From: Methanobacteriota archaeon
GTDB lineage: Archaea > Thermoplasmatota > Thermoplasmata > SG8-5 > DAIRED01
Reading direction: 5' to 3'
DNA length: 64,000 nt
Assembly (NCBI GenBank): GCA_043799545.1
Contig: JAZDNO010000006.1
Coordinates: forward strand, 157,868-221,867
Each line of letters starts with the position of its first letter. The first letter of the stretch is position 1. Below the pieces are notes generated by a model. That model made no database searches, was not told where the DNA came from, and worked only from the letters and a program-made list of their open reading frames with translations. Positions 44,612 to 55,237 of the stretch are shown piece by piece. Made by a program: the position numbers and the translations under genes.

Positions 44612-47431
44612 ATGGGAACCTCGATGAATCCCGCATCTTCGGCCATCCCGCGCGCGCGTATTTTAGCATCGTGCGCATTGGTGCTTGGTCTCATCTTTTC
44701 CTTTGCAGGCGTGCTAGCCATGGATACCTCCCATGACGATTTGAACCATGACGGGCCTGCCGACACGCCTTCGGGAGGTCCATGCGACGAGCCTCTCTCA
44801 GGCAACGACCCGCAGGTCCGCTGGGGGGCGCTCCCGACCCTGGATCCGACCGCGCCTGTCAATTGCACGAGGACGGCCGACGTCAACCTCGACGGATGCG
44901 TCGACATCCTGTCAACCCAGGACAACAGCGGCATCAAAATTTGGCTCGGCAACGGCACTGGCCAGTGGGCGGCAGCGACTTCGCCCGTGTCCAGCGGAGT
45001 CTACATGGACGTCGCGGTCGGCGACATCAACAACGACGGGGCTCCCGACATCGTCGCCGGCAAGAACAACGGCGGCATCTATGCATGGTGCAAAAACAAG
45101 ACCACGGGCGGCTGGAACTCAGCGAGCGCCGGGCTCCCTGCGACGAGGCCATACAAGACTGTGACGCTGACGGATTTCAACAACGACGGCAACCTCGACA
45201 TAGTCGCCGGCGGCTCCGCATCCGGCCCGAACAAGGGCGTTTCGGCATACAGGGGAAACGGGAGGGGGGCGTGGACAATCTCGGACACGGGCCTTCCAAT
45301 GTCAGGCGTATACGGAGCGGTGACGACCGCGGACCTGAACCGCGACGGCAACCCGGACATCGCTGCTACAAGCAACGCGGGTGTCGACACGTGGACAGGT
45401 GACGGAAAGGGCAACTGGACGCTCCGCGACAGCGGCCTGCCCTCGACCGGGACGTACTCGGATGTGGAATTCTGCGACTTCAACCTCGACGGCATGCTCG
45501 ACATAGTCGCCACGTCAGACCTGAATGCCGGAATGCGGGTATGGAGCGGCGACGGGATGGGGCTGTGGACGATGAAGCTCGGGCTGCCGACGGAAGGGAG
45601 CTATTCCGGGGTCCAGGTGGCGGACGTGAACCTCGACGGCTATCCCGACATTCTTGCATCGAGCACGGAAAACAACCAGACGATTTGGACTGGCGATGGC
45701 GACGACAACTGGTACCTCCAGACCGATGGCCTCCCGGCGGACTGCTTCTGCAAGGGGCTCTCAATAGCTGACATCGACAGAGACGGTCGGATAGATTTCT
45801 GCGGGCCGGGAGTGTCGGGCGGCATCAAGATTTGGAGTAGCGAGGTCCTCCGTTCCGTGAGCGAGTGGGCTCCGTACAGCGCCCCATCGACGACGGCCAC
45901 GGTGAACGACATCGCCGCCTTCGACATCAACATGGACGGGAAGCTGGACATATGCTACGCGACACAGGCGAACGGAATCCAGATTTATTCGGGGAACGGC
46001 GCTGGGTCTTGGGCCCCGTTCGCCTCTCCCACTTCGACCGGCACTTGTAACGCAGTGCGCTTGTGCGATTTCAGCAGGGACGGGAAACCTGACATTGTTG
46101 CCGCATCTTCGGCCGGCGTCCAGGCATGGACCGGAAACGGCGCCGGGACTTGGACCTCGAGGGCGAGCGGGTTGCCGGGCACGGGCTCGTGGTTTGCCCT
46201 TGGGGTCGGCGACTTCAACGACGACGGGATTCTTGACATCTCCGCGGGCTCGGGGCAAGGGAGCGGAATGAGGCTCTACAGCGGCGATGGGGCGGGCCTT
46301 TGGACGCTGAAGCTGGGCCTACCGCTGAGCGCGACCTTTTACGACATAGGGGTCGTGGATGAGAACAGGGACGGGGACCTGGATTTGGTCATGTCGTCCT
46401 CGACGGGGCTCAGGTGCTACCTCGGAAACGGGGCGTTCAACTGGACGCAGGCCTCGTCGGACTTCCCGGCGGCGACGACTTTCAGGAACGTCGAAATCGC
46501 TGACGTGAACAGGGACGGATACGCGGACGTCTTTGCCACGGCATCGGGAGCCGATGGCGCCAAGGCGTGGCTGGGAAACGGAGGCGTCACATGGGCGTAC
46601 GATTCCCAGTTGACGGCATCCTCCAGCGGCGGTCTTTTCCTGGGCGACGTGAGCCTCGATGGCGTGGTCGACGCTGTCGTGGGCGCGGACGGCTCGGCAA
46701 GCGGTGTGGCGTGCGAGACCAGGCAGGACGGCAACTGGTCTTCTCTATCATCTGGTCTGCCAGGTGTTGGGAATTACAGGGCGCTTAGGCTGGCGGACAT
46801 CAATGTCGACGGGCTGCTGGACATACTGGCCTCGAACGGCTCATCTCCGGGGGCGGCGATATGGGTGGGGGTGTACTCGGCTCCTTCGTCTCAGTGGTTC
46901 AACATCACGGTCGTGGATGGCTGGAACTTCGTTTCAGTGCCGCTGGCATCCTCGAACGAAAGCCTCCCGTTTTCATTGACGGACAAGGCCGACGGCGGCG
47001 GAGGGCTGGTCCAGTGGGACCGCGCAATGTGGCGCAACCCGTCGTCGCCGAACGACCCGTGGAAGCAGTACAATTCGGCATGGCCCGCGGAGATGAACGA
47101 CCTCAAGAGCGTCCAGTCGCACGTTGGAGTGTGGCTCCACGTCACGGTCGTCGGCGACGGGAAGATATGCCTCGGCGGCGCCGGGTACTCCGAATTCAGC
47201 GGAACCGCCGTTCCCCTGAAGGCAGGCTGGAACATGGTCGGGTATCCATCGGCGACAGGAGGCCAGACAATCGCGGACTTGAAGTCCGAATGCCCGTCCG
47301 TGGACTCTGTGGAGGCGTTCAGCGCGGTTGCCGTTTACAAGACATGGGCTCCCCCGGACAGCTACGCGCTCGTCCGTGGCGAGGGTTACTGGGTGCACTG
47401 CACCGCCGATGCGGTCTGGTACGTGCCGTGA
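44612..47431 (+). CDS. Secreted FG-GAP/VCBS (integrin-alpha-like) repeat protein, 14 repeats, plus a C-terminal beta-rich domain
   Basis: N-terminal anchor/signal ILASCALVLGLIFSFAGVLA. 14 copies of the D-x-[NDS]-x-DG-x-x-D calcium-loop motif (DVNLDG, DINNDG, DFNNDG ... DINVDG) recur about every 55-60 aa. The C-terminal ~190 aa contain GWNFVSVPL / GWNMVGYPS. Confidence 0.9.
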   Translation: MGTSMNPASSAIPRARILASCALVLGLIFSFAGVLAMDTSHDDLNHDGPADTPSGGPCDEPLSGNDPQVRWGALPTLDPTAPVNCTRTADVNLDGCVDILSTQDNSGIKIWLGNGTGQWAAATSPVSSGVYMDVAVGDINNDGAPDIVAGKNNGGIYAWCKNKTTGGWNSASAGLPATRPYKTVTLTDFNNDGNLDIVAGGSASGPNKGVSAYRGNGRGAWTISDTGLPMSGVYGAVTTADLNRDGNPDIAATSNAGVDTWTGDGKGNWTLRDSGLPSTGTYSDVEFCDFNLDGMLDIVATSDLNAGMRVWSGDGMGLWTMKLGLPTEGSYSGVQVADVNLDGYPDILASSTENNQTIWTGDGDDNWYLQTDGLPADCFCKGLSIADIDRDGRIDFCGPGVSGGIKIWSSEVLRSVSEWAPYSAPSTTATVNDIAAFDINMDGKLDICYATQANGIQIYSGNGAGSWAPFASPTSTGTCNAVRLCDFSRDGKPDIVAASSAGVQAWTGNGAGTWTSRASGLPGTGSWFALGVGDFNDDGILDISAGSGQGSGMRLYSGDGAGLWTLKLGLPLSATFYDIGVVDENRDGDLDLVMSSSTGLRCYLGNGAFNWTQASSDFPAATTFRNVEIADVNRDGYADVFATASGADGAKAWLGNGGVTWAYDSQLTASSSGGLFLGDVSLDGVVDAVVGADGSASGVACETRQDGNWSSLSSGLPGVGNYRALRLADINVDGLLDILASNGSSPGAAIWVGVYSAPSSQWFNITVVDGWNFVSVPLASSNESLPFSLTDKADGGGGLVQWDRAMWRNPSSPNDPWKQYNSAWPAEMNDLKSVQSHVGVWLHVTVVGDGKICLGGAGYSEFSGTAVPLKAGWNMVGYPSATGGQTIADLKSECPSVDSVEAFSAVAVYKTWAPPDSYALVRGEGYWVHCTADAVWYVP

Positions 47432-47486
47432 CGCACGGCACCAAAGATTTATGCGATGCCGCCATGTCACGACTGGCGACAGCGCA

Positions 47487-49298
47487 ATGTTCGAACAGAA
47501 CCACCATGGGTTTCACATCAACGCCGACAAGCGCGCGTTGAGGCGCTTCGGGCTCCTATCGGGGCTCGCGGCCAGCGTCGGAATCCTCGTGGGCATCGGC
47601 GCCGTGCTGTTCAGGTATCTGCTGGCCTTTTTCAACAACATCTTCCTCGAGACGCGCTTCGCTTTGGACTACGACCCCTACGCGACCACGGTCAGCACCC
47701 TCGGGTGGCTCGTGATACTCGCCCCCGCAATCGGGGGACTTTTCGCAGGGCTCGTCACCTGGAAGTTCGCCCCGGAGGCCAAGGGACACGGCGTCCCCGA
47801 GGTCATGGAGTCGATGCTCACGAAGGAGGGGAAGATAAGGCCGCGCGTCGGGCTGGTGAAGGCCGTCGCATCGGCGCTGACCATCGGGTCGGGGGGCTCG
47901 GCGGGCAGGGAGGGGCCGATGGTGCAGATAGGCTCCGCGTCCGGGTCGGGAATAGCCCAGAAGCTCGGTTTGAGCGACGATGAGACCAAGGTGCTGCTGG
48001 CGTGCGGCGCGGCGAGCGGCGTGGCTGCGACGTTCAACACCCCGATAGGCGGCGTGCTCTTCGCCCTTGAGCTGGTGCTCCTCGAATTCAGGACTCGCTC
48101 CTTCGTTCCCATAGTCATCTCCACGATGATTGCGACGTTCGTGGCGCAGGCGTTCTTCGGAAACGAGGTCGCGCTGCCCATCAGGGACCTTTACGAGTTC
48201 AGCAGCCCGTACGAGATACCCCTGTACGTTCTGCTGGGCATCATCTGCGGCGTCATGGCCATCGTTTTCATCAAGATGCTCTACGGCATGGAATGGTGGG
48301 TCGAGAAGTGGCGCATGCGGCCGTATCTCAAGCCGATGATCGGCGGGCTGCTGGTCGGCGTCCTGGGCCTGGCGCTCTTCACAATCCAGGGCGACTACTA
48401 CGTCTTCGGCGTCAGCTACGGCGCGGTATATCCGGTCCTCAAGAGCGAGGTCGTCAGCGGAACGATGCTCCAGCTAATGCTGCTCCTGGCGCTCCTGGCC
48501 TTCCTCAAGATGCTGGCCACGACGCTGACCATCGGCACGGGCGGCTCGGGGGGGATATTCTCGCCTATGCTGATTTTCGGCGCGATGATTGGCGGCGCCT
48601 TCGGCATCGCGATGAACCTGCTGTTCCCAGGGACCACCGCGCCATTCGGCGCCTACGCCCTCGTGGGTATGGCCGCGCTTTTCGCGGGAGCGAGCCGCGC
48701 CACCCTCACGGCCATAGTCATCCTGTTCGAGATGACCTCTTCGTACTCCATCATCCTCCCCCTGATGCTGGCGTGCGTCGTGAGCGACGCCGTGAGCTCC
48801 GCGATAAGCGAGGACACGGTCTATACGCTGAAGCTCAAGCTGAGGGGTTTGCGCTACTCGGGCGACAGGGAGGTCAACATCATGGAGATTCACTCGGTCA
48901 GCGAGGTGATGGCGTGCCCGCCCGTGACAATCACCCCGGAGACGAAGGTCAGCGAGGTTTCGAGCAAGATAATCAAGACTGGGTATCAGGGATTCCCCGT
49001 CGTCGATGCGGAGGGGAAGCTCTGTGGCATTGTGACGCTCAGCGATGTCAGGGGGGCAATTAACGCCGGCAAGGGCGAGATGCGGATATGCGAGGCCATG
49101 CCGAAACGGGAGCCGGAGGTCGTGTACCCCGACCAGTCCGTCGAAGAGGTCCTAGAGATAATGTCCTCGAAAGGCTACGGGAGGATGCCCGTCGTGGACA
49201 GGGAAGACAAGACCAAGCTCCTGGGCCTCGTCACGCGCAGCCGCATCCTGATGCTGTACAAGGACAGGAAGAAGCACCAGCAGGGCGGCTGGACATAG
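47487..49298 (+). CDS. ClC-family chloride channel/transporter with a C-terminal CBS pair
   Basis: Start moved to MFEQNHH (ATG 47487). Motifs GSGGSAGREGP and GGSGGIFSP, then two CBS units (...GYQGFPVVDAEGKLCGIVT... and ...GYGRMPVVDREDKTKLLGLVT). Confidence 0.92.
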   Translation: MFEQNHHGFHINADKRALRRFGLLSGLAASVGILVGIGAVLFRYLLAFFNNIFLETRFALDYDPYATTVSTLGWLVILAPAIGGLFAGLVTWKFAPEAKGHGVPEVMESMLTKEGKIRPRVGLVKAVASALTIGSGGSAGREGPMVQIGSASGSGIAQKLGLSDDETKVLLACGAASGVAATFNTPIGGVLFALELVLLEFRTRSFVPIVISTMIATFVAQAFFGNEVALPIRDLYEFSSPYEIPLYVLLGIICGVMAIVFIKMLYGMEWWVEKWRMRPYLKPMIGGLLVGVLGLALFTIQGDYYVFGVSYGAVYPVLKSEVVSGTMLQLMLLLALLAFLKMLATTLTIGTGGSGGIFSPMLIFGAMIGGAFGIAMNLLFPGTTAPFGAYALVGMAALFAGASRATLTAIVILFEMTSSYSIILPLMLACVVSDAVSSAISEDTVYTLKLKLRGLRYSGDREVNIMEIHSVSEVMACPPVTITPETKVSEVSSKIIKTGYQGFPVVDAEGKLCGIVTLSDVRGAINAGKGEMRICEAMPKREPEVVYPDQSVEEVLEIMSSKGYGRMPVVDREDKTKLLGLVTRSRILMLYKDRKKHQQGGWT

Positions 49299-49334
49299 TC
49301 ATTGGTCGGCGTAGCGCTGCAATCGCGCGGGCGT

Positions 49335-50387
49335 TTACTGGGCTTTTATGGATTTCAGCTCTCCGGTCTTGTCCCAGTCGAACTTCAGGCTCTTGCGGCC
49401 CCGCCAGATTCCGCTCTGCATCAAATGCCCGACCAGCAGCGGCAAGCCGATTGTCGCCTCCACGTGCGCCATAGCCTTGGTGGCTTCCTTCGAGACCTTG
49501 CCCCAGGACTGCGCCTCCTTGAGGGTCGAGCCGCTGAGCCCGCCCCAGTGCGCCGAATCGGTCGTGAGCTGGATGGCGTACGAGTGGCCCTCTATCTCCC
49601 TGTCGGATGTGTAGTTGGCCATGACGACGCCGTCGTTGACCCAGTTCTTCGGCGTCCCGCCGCCGATGTACACCGCGGCGGTCTTCTTCGATTTGTAGAT
49701 GATGGAGAGCAGCTCGTAGTTGTCCTTTATCGAATCGAGCATCGCGTGCGGCTTGTGGCGGTTCTTCGCGTGGTATATCGTCAGACCGATACCGATGCTG
49801 CTGTCGTTCAGCGCCGGCGAGAAGACTGGCACCCCCATCTTGTACGCGGTCCCGAGGATCGAGTTGTTGTCCTTTTGGGCGGCTTTCCCGAGCAATGCCA
49901 GTATCTCCCGGGACGAATAGGCGCGCGCATCGAGCTTCTCAGTCATCCGGGCGATCTCTCTGTCAGTCTCCTCGAATTTTACCTCGTCCACGAGCGTGTC
50001 GTAGATGCGGTCTATCATGAACTTCCTGAGCTGGACGTCGTCCATTGCCGGGTCGCCCTTGAAGTGCTGGTGGCCCCGCGCCTAGTAGAAGTCCTGGTAC
50101 ACGACCGCGCCCGTCGTCGCGATTACGTCGACCAGCCTGTATTTTACCATATCTCGGATGACCTTTCGCATGCCTCCGGCAATCAGCGCTCCCGATAGGC
50201 CCAGTATTACTGTCGGCCTGTCCCTGTCCTTAAGCATGTTCTCGTACACGGTCGCGCATTCGCCGAGCGCCCGCGCCTGGATGGACGCGCCCTTGAACGC
50301 CTCCATCAGGTCGTGTATAGTCTCAGTCTTCTCCAGGTCTATCTGCCTTATGGGCTTCTTCAGCAGGTCTGTCCTCTTGACCATCAT
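49335..50387 (-). CDS. dys: Deoxyhypusine synthase interrupted by one in-frame TAG (50082..50084); possible pseudogene, split gene or recoding
   Basis: ORFs 50082..50387 and 49335..50045 are in the same frame. Together they give a collinear DHS: ...LGLSGALIAGGMRKVI..DVIATTGAVVYQDFY-TAG-ARGHQHFKGDPAMDD...VPVFSPALNDSSIG...IYIGGGTPKNW...WGGLSGSTLKEAQSWGK. Confidence 0.85.
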
Positions 50388-50430
50388 ATCGCTCCAAAGA
50401 CAGTAAGGAAAAATCGGTTAAATAACTATC

Positions 50431-51105
50431 TCAAGAATTCAAGAATTTTCGGACCGCGGCTGCGGCTCCAAAGCCGTTATCGATGTTCACCACCAATATT
50501 CCCGGAGAGCAGGAGTTCAACATCGTGCTCATCGCCGCCAGCCCGCCGAGGCCAGTCCCGTAACCCACGGACGTCGGCACGGCCACGATTGGTATCTTGA
50601 GAAGTCCGGCCAGCACCGACGGAAGCGTGCCCTCCATCCCCGCGACGGCGATTACCGCGCGGGCGCCCTTGCGCTCGCACTCCCTCGCGGCGTTCCTCGC
50701 CCTGTGGAGTCCGGCCACCCCCCTGTCGTAGAGCCGCAGGGCTTCGAGCCCTAGGTACTCGACGCAGAGCGCGGCCTCCTCGGCGATGCGGTGGTCGGAG
50801 CTTCCGGCGCTGACTATTGCGATGCAGGCATCGATGCGCTCCAGCGGCTTTCCGGCCCCTTTCACGACCGCCACACCGGAGTCGTCGGAGGATACGAGAA
50901 CCTTGGAGCCGAAAGCCCCGCAAATGACTTCAAGCTGATGCTGGCTGCACTTGGTCACGAGCACGTCGTGGTGTTTGGCGAGGCCGCGAATCGAGGCCAC
51001 GAGCGCCCTGTCGTTCTTCGACGGCGCGAAGACCACTTCAGGCAGCCCGGTGCGTTTGGCGCGGCCCCCGTCGAGCAGATGGTTCCCCGCCTTTTTAGGC
51101 TTCAT
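50431..51105 (-). CDS. larB: LarB-type NCAIR-mutase-like carboxylase/hydrolase (nickel-pincer cofactor biosynthesis)
   Basis: PurE-like core IAIVSAGSSDHRIAEEA...VIAVAGMEGTLPSVLAGLLKIPIVAVPTSVGYG, with an N-terminal extension as in LarB. Confidence 0.82.
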   Translation of the reverse strand: MKPKKAGNHLLDGGRAKRTGLPEVVFAPSKNDRALVASIRGLAKHHDVLVTKCSQHQLEVICGAFGSKVLVSSDDSGVAVVKGAGKPLERIDACIAIVSAGSSDHRIAEEAALCVEYLGLEALRLYDRGVAGLHRARNAARECERKGARAVIAVAGMEGTLPSVLAGLLKIPIVAVPTSVGYGTGLGGLAAMSTMLNSCSPGILVVNIDNGFGAAAAVRKFLNS

Positions 51106-51931
51106 TCATGCTCCCGCTCCTGTAACCCTCCAGGTCGAGCGTGACATGGGCGAACCCGAGCTTTTTTATCCGCTTGGCGATTGCCGCGAGCTTCCTGTGC
51201 GACAGCTTGCATCCTGCGCCAAGCTCGATTCTGGCGAGCGAGCCGTGGACACGCACCCTCACCTGCGCGCACCCCTCCATATGGAGCATGGACTCGGCCT
51301 CCCCGATCCTGGCCAGCAGCTCCGGCGTGAGTTCCATGCCGTACTCAATCCTCGATGCCAGGCAGGCGTTCGACGGCCTGTCCCAGGTCTTGAGCCCCAG
51401 CGCCTTCGAGAGCTTGCGCACGTCTTCTTTGGTCAATCCAGCCTCGGCCAACGGCGACCTCGCCCCCGCTTCCTTCATGGCCTTGCGCCCCGGCCTGAAA
51501 TCCCGCATGTCGCTCATGCTCTCGCCGTACAGAACGGCCTTACATCCGTGCTCCCCGGCAAGGCCGCTGAGCTCCTCCAGCATCGCTTTCTTGCAGTGGT
51601 AGCACCTGTCCCGCGGATTGGCGCGGAACTTCGGGTCCTTGAGCTCCCGCGTCGCTACGCGCTCGTGCCTGAGGCCATGCTCGCGCGCGAACTCCTCGGC
51701 GGACGCCAGCTCCCCCGGGGTATAGGTCTCCGAGACCGCGGTGGCGCACAGGGTCTTAGGGTCGACCGCCGAGGCGACGTAGGCAAGAAGGGCGCTGTCC
51801 GCGCCTCCGGAGAACGCGACTACCGCCGGCGAGGACTTGCTCAAAATCTCCACCAGCCGTGAAAGTTTGCCAGCCAGCCCCGGAGCGCGTTTGGAGACAG
51901 CGCTCTCGAGCGCATCGGTTTTTTTTGACAC
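51095..51931 (-). CDS. larE: LarE-type PP-loop ATP pyrophosphatase (sulfur transferase)
   Basis: PP-loop VVAFSGGADSALL, CYHCKK, and the C-terminal ARIE...VTLDLEGYRSGS. Overlaps the larB start by 11 nt. Confidence 0.82.
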   Translation of the reverse strand: MSKKTDALESAVSKRAPGLAGKLSRLVEILSKSSPAVVAFSGGADSALLAYVASAVDPKTLCATAVSETYTPGELASAEEFAREHGLRHERVATRELKDPKFRANPRDRCYHCKKAMLEELSGLAGEHGCKAVLYGESMSDMRDFRPGRKAMKEAGARSPLAEAGLTKEDVRKLSKALGLKTWDRPSNACLASRIEYGMELTPELLARIGEAESMLHMEGCAQVRVRVHGSLARIELGAGCKLSHRKLAAIAKRIKKLGFAHVTLDLEGYRSGSMNEA

Positions 51932-52152
51932 GGAGGGATGATGGATGGCATAGGATATAGAAATGACGCTTCAACTCTGGGCACTTTCACCGCCCCGCTG
52001 TTACGAAAAACGGTCGAGCGAGCAGGACGACCCGAGTTTTCTTTCCACCCAGAGCTTTCTTTGGCGAGGGTCGGCCAGCGCAGCGAGACACAAAGAAAGG
52101 GCTGCGGGGGAACCCTTTTCTACCAGCGGTCCCATTCACGGCCGTCAGGGGT

Positions 52153-54150
52153 ATGCGGATGGGAACGCCTAGCATCGCTGAAAGGATGGCGAAGCAGCAG
52201 AAGGAGATAGCCGTCTCGGAGTTCTTCGAGAGGAACAAGCAGGTGCTCGGTTTCGACTCGATGATAAAGAGCCTCATCGTGGCCGTGAAGGAAGCAGTTG
52301 ATAACTCTCTGGACGCCTGCGAGGAGGCGGGCATCCTTCCCGAGCTTTACGTCCGAATCGACCAGATAGAGAAGAACGAGTACAAAATCACAGTCGAAGA
52401 CAACGGCCCTGGCATAGTCGAACGCAACATCGCCAACGTCTTCGCGCGCCTGCTCTACGGCTCGAGGTTTCATGCGGTGCGACAGTCCAGGGGGCAGCAG
52501 GGAATCGGAATATCCGCCGTCGTGATGTACGGCCAGCTGACAACCGGCAAGCCTGCGACCGTCCGCTCGAAAATCGCGGACAAGGACGTCGCCGTCGAGA
52601 TGGACCTCATCCTGGACACGAAGTCCAACTCGCCGAAGGTCATGCGCACAGATTACGTGATTTGGGAGGGAAAGCCCCACGGCTCCAGGGTGGCGGTCGC
52701 GATAAAGGCCCGCTACATCTCGGGGAAGCAGTCGGTATTCGAATACCTCAAGGGCACGGCCCTGGTGAACCCGCACGCCCAGATAACCTTCGTCGACCCG
52801 TCGGGCAAGCAGTTCGTCTTCAAGCGCGCGACGGACGTCCCGCCCGCGTCTGTCATGGAGATAAAACCCCACCCAGAGGGGCTGGAAATCGGGGCCCTCA
52901 TGGGGATGGCCAAGATAACCAAGTCCAACAGGATGGGCGCCTTCCTCAAGACCGACTTCTCGAGAATCAGCGACCGGGTCGCCAAGGACATCCTGGAGAA
53001 GGCCTCCGTGCCGCCGGAGAAGAAGCCGCAGACCATGACAATCGACGACGCCAAGCGCATCATCGAGGCAATCGGCCAGGTCAAGATAATGGCCCCCCAG
53101 ACGGACTGCCTATCGCCGATTGGCGAGGTGCTCATCAAGAAGGGACTGAAGAACGTCCTGGAGGAGCTGAAGCCGTCGTTCTACGTGCAGCCAGTGACCA
53201 GGAAGCCGAAGGTGCAGTCGGGCCACCCGTTCGTGGTCGAGGTGGGCATGGTCTTCGGCGGCCAGATTCCGCCAGACTCTCAGGTCGATATCCTCAGGTT
53301 CGCGAACCGCGTACCATTACTGTACCAGCAGGGGGCGTGCGCCGTCTCAGCCGCGGTGGAGAACGTCGACTGGCGCAAGTACGGCCTCGAGCAGCGCGGA
53401 GGGAAGGGGATACCGTTCGGGCCGGCCATCATCATAGTCCACCTGGCCTCTACCAAGATACCGTTCACCTCGGAGGCGAAGGAGGCCATCGCCAACGTGC
53501 CGGAGATACGGGAAGAGATGGAGCTGGCCCTTCGGGTCGTGGGGAACTCGCTCCGCAGCCATCTGGCAAAGGGCGTACGCCGCTCGAAGATAAGGGAGAA
53601 GTTCGACATAGTCCAGGTCGTGCTGCCCAAGATAGCAGAGAAGGCTTCAGGAATAGTGGACAAGCCCCTGCCGGACCTCGGTCCAACGATAACGAAGATT
53701 ATGGACGTCGTCTGGATCGACGACAAGGTCGAGTTCGAGAAGAAGCGCCACACGATAACCATAGACATCTACAACTACACTCCGACCGGGAAGGCGTTCA
53801 CCCTGTATGCGGTCGTGCCGGAGGAGAACCTCGTGCTGGGGGGAATCACCCCCAGGCCATCGGAGGTAAAGGACGGGCGCATCAAATGGGACCTCAAGCG
53901 CATCCCGTCCACGGAGAAGGCCACGCTGAAGATAGAGATGCAGGGGTTGGACAAGGACGCATATGACGAGAACGAGCTTTATGCATCGGGCATCGATTCG
54001 GAGCGCATCGTGGGGGCGGAGCCGCTGCCGGGGGACTGGGGAATAGCCGCAGCCGTCGTCGAGAGCGATGAGGAGAAAGCTCCGGCCGAGGAAGAGGAGA
54101 ACGGCGTGGACTACGACGAGGCGAAGGAGGACGTTTCCAATGACGAATGA
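52153..54150 (+). CDS. top6B: DNA topoisomerase VI subunit B
   Basis: [16 protein letters not shown] and the GHKL ATPase motifs [27 protein letters not shown]. Acidic C-terminal tail. An internal Met (52186) is an alternative start. Confidence 0.95.
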   Translation: MRMGTPSIAERMAKQQKEIAVSEFFERNKQVLGFDSMIKSLIVAVKEAVDNSLDACEEAGILPELYVRIDQIEKNEYKITVEDNGPGIVERNIANVFARLLYGSRFHAVRQSRGQQGIGISAVVMYGQLTTGKPATVRSKIADKDVAVEMDLILDTKSNSPKVMRTDYVIWEGKPHGSRVAVAIKARYISGKQSVFEYLKGTALVNPHAQITFVDPSGKQFVFKRATDVPPASVMEIKPHPEGLEIGALMGMAKITKSNRMGAFLKTDFSRISDRVAKDILEKASVPPEKKPQTMTIDDAKRIIEAIGQVKIMAPQTDCLSPIGEVLIKKGLKNVLEELKPSFYVQPVTRKPKVQSGHPFVVEVGMVFGGQIPPDSQVDILRFANRVPLLYQQGACAVSAAVENVDWRKYGLEQRGGKGIPFGPAIIIVHLASTKIPFTSEAKEAIANVPEIREEMELALRVVGNSLRSHLAKGVRRSKIREKFDIVQVVLPKIAEKASGIVDKPLPDLGPTITKIMDVVWIDDKVEFEKKRHTITIDIYNYTPTGKAFTLYAVVPEENLVLGGITPRPSEVKDGRIKWDLKRIPSTEKATLKIEMQGLDKDAYDENELYASGIDSERIVGAEPLPGDWGIAAAVVESDEEKAPAEEEENGVDYDEAKEDVSNDE

Positions 54151-55237
54151 CGACAGGCACCAGGCCGCCATAGACGAGCTTTACAAGATTGCGGAGCAGA
54201 TTTACTCCCAACTGGATGGCGGAAAGATTCCCGGGATGAAGATACCGCTCAGGACGAAGGGCAACATCAAATTCCATCCGCGCTCGATGGTATGGAAGTA
54301 CGGAGACCAGATGGGCGCGCGCACCGCGAAGAAGCTGCAAGGGGCCTACATGCTCCTGCGCACGATGTACATGCTGGAGTTCATCCAGAAGATGATAAAG
54401 GACAACAAATCGTCGACCCTGAGGGAGATGTACTACATCAGCGAGGGCTGGGACCTGGCAAAGTTCCACGCGCAGGACGAGTCCAATAATCTGGCAGAGG
54501 ATTTGGAAATCGTGACTAAGTGCCTGCGCGAGGATTTCAAGCTGCGACCGGAGGAGAACGGGGCCAGCGTCATAGGCAACATCACGTTGACGGAGTACAA
54601 CCGCAAAGGACAGAAGAAGAGGATAAACTGCCAGGACGATGTCGGCGACTCGGGATACGGCATTCCCTTCAACGTCGAGAAGGAGAAGATTGAATTGATA
54701 TCTCATGACGCGGATTTCGTTCTGGCTCTTGAGACCGGCGGCATGTTCGACAGGCTTGTGGAGAACGGCTTTGCCGAAGATTCGCGTGCGATTCTGGTTC
54801 ACCTGAAAGGACAGCCGGCTCGCTCCACCCGCCGCTTCATCAAGCGCATGAACGAGGAGCTGAAATTGCCCGTCGTCCTATTCACAGACGGAGACCCGTG
54901 GTCCTTCAGGATTTACGCGAGCGTGGCCTTCGGCGCGATAAAGACCGCGCACATCTCCGAATACCTGGCCACCCCGACGGCGATGTACTGCGGCATCACC
55001 GCCTCTGACATCTTGAACTACGATTTGCCCACCGACAAGCTGAACGACAAGGACGTCAAGGCGCTAAATGCGGAGCTCTCGGACCCGCGCTTCAACGACC
55101 GCTTCTGGAAGGACGAGATAGAGCTGATGCTGAAAATCAACAAGAAGGCGGAGCAGCAGGCGCTCGCGAAGTACGGCTTGGACTACGTCACGGACAAGTA
55201 TCTCCCTGAGAAGCTGGGGGAGCTGGGAGTGCTATAG
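54140..55237 (+). CDS. top6A: DNA topoisomerase VI subunit A (Spo11 homologue)
   Basis: Start moved to MTNDDRH (ATG 54140, overlapping the top6B stop). [11 protein letters not shown] carries the catalytic Tyr region. The Toprim region is [13 protein letters not shown]...[13 protein letters not shown]. Confidence 0.95.
   Translation: MTNDDRHQAAIDELYKIAEQIYSQLDGGKIPGMKIPLRTKGNIKFHPRSMVWKYGDQMGARTAKKLQGAYMLLRTMYMLEFIQKMIKDNKSSTLREMYYISEGWDLAKFHAQDESNNLAEDLEIVTKCLREDFKLRPEENGASVIGNITLTEYNRKGQKKRINCQDDVGDSGYGIPFNVEKEKIELISHDADFVLALETGGMFDRLVENGFAEDSRAILVHLKGQPARSTRRFIKRMNEELKLPVVLFTDGDPWSFRIYASVAFGAIKTAHISEYLATPTAMYCGITASDILNYDLPTDKLNDKDVKALNAELSDPRFNDRFWKDEIELMLKINKKAEQQALAKYGLDYVTDKYLPEKLGELGVL

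Noticed and set aside
50082-50084. Interpreting the dys TAG as firm evidence for pyrrolysine or genetic-code change
   Set aside because: TAG terminates several well-defined genes in this window and no pyl genes are visible. The observation is kept as a finding but not as a code-reassignment claim.
52055-52099. 9-bp inverted repeat CTTTCTTTG...CAAAGAAAG upstream of top6B
   Set aside because: The stem is A/T-rich and short, the loop is 27 nt, there is no second copy and no associated motif. This is within chance expectation for a 221-bp spacer.
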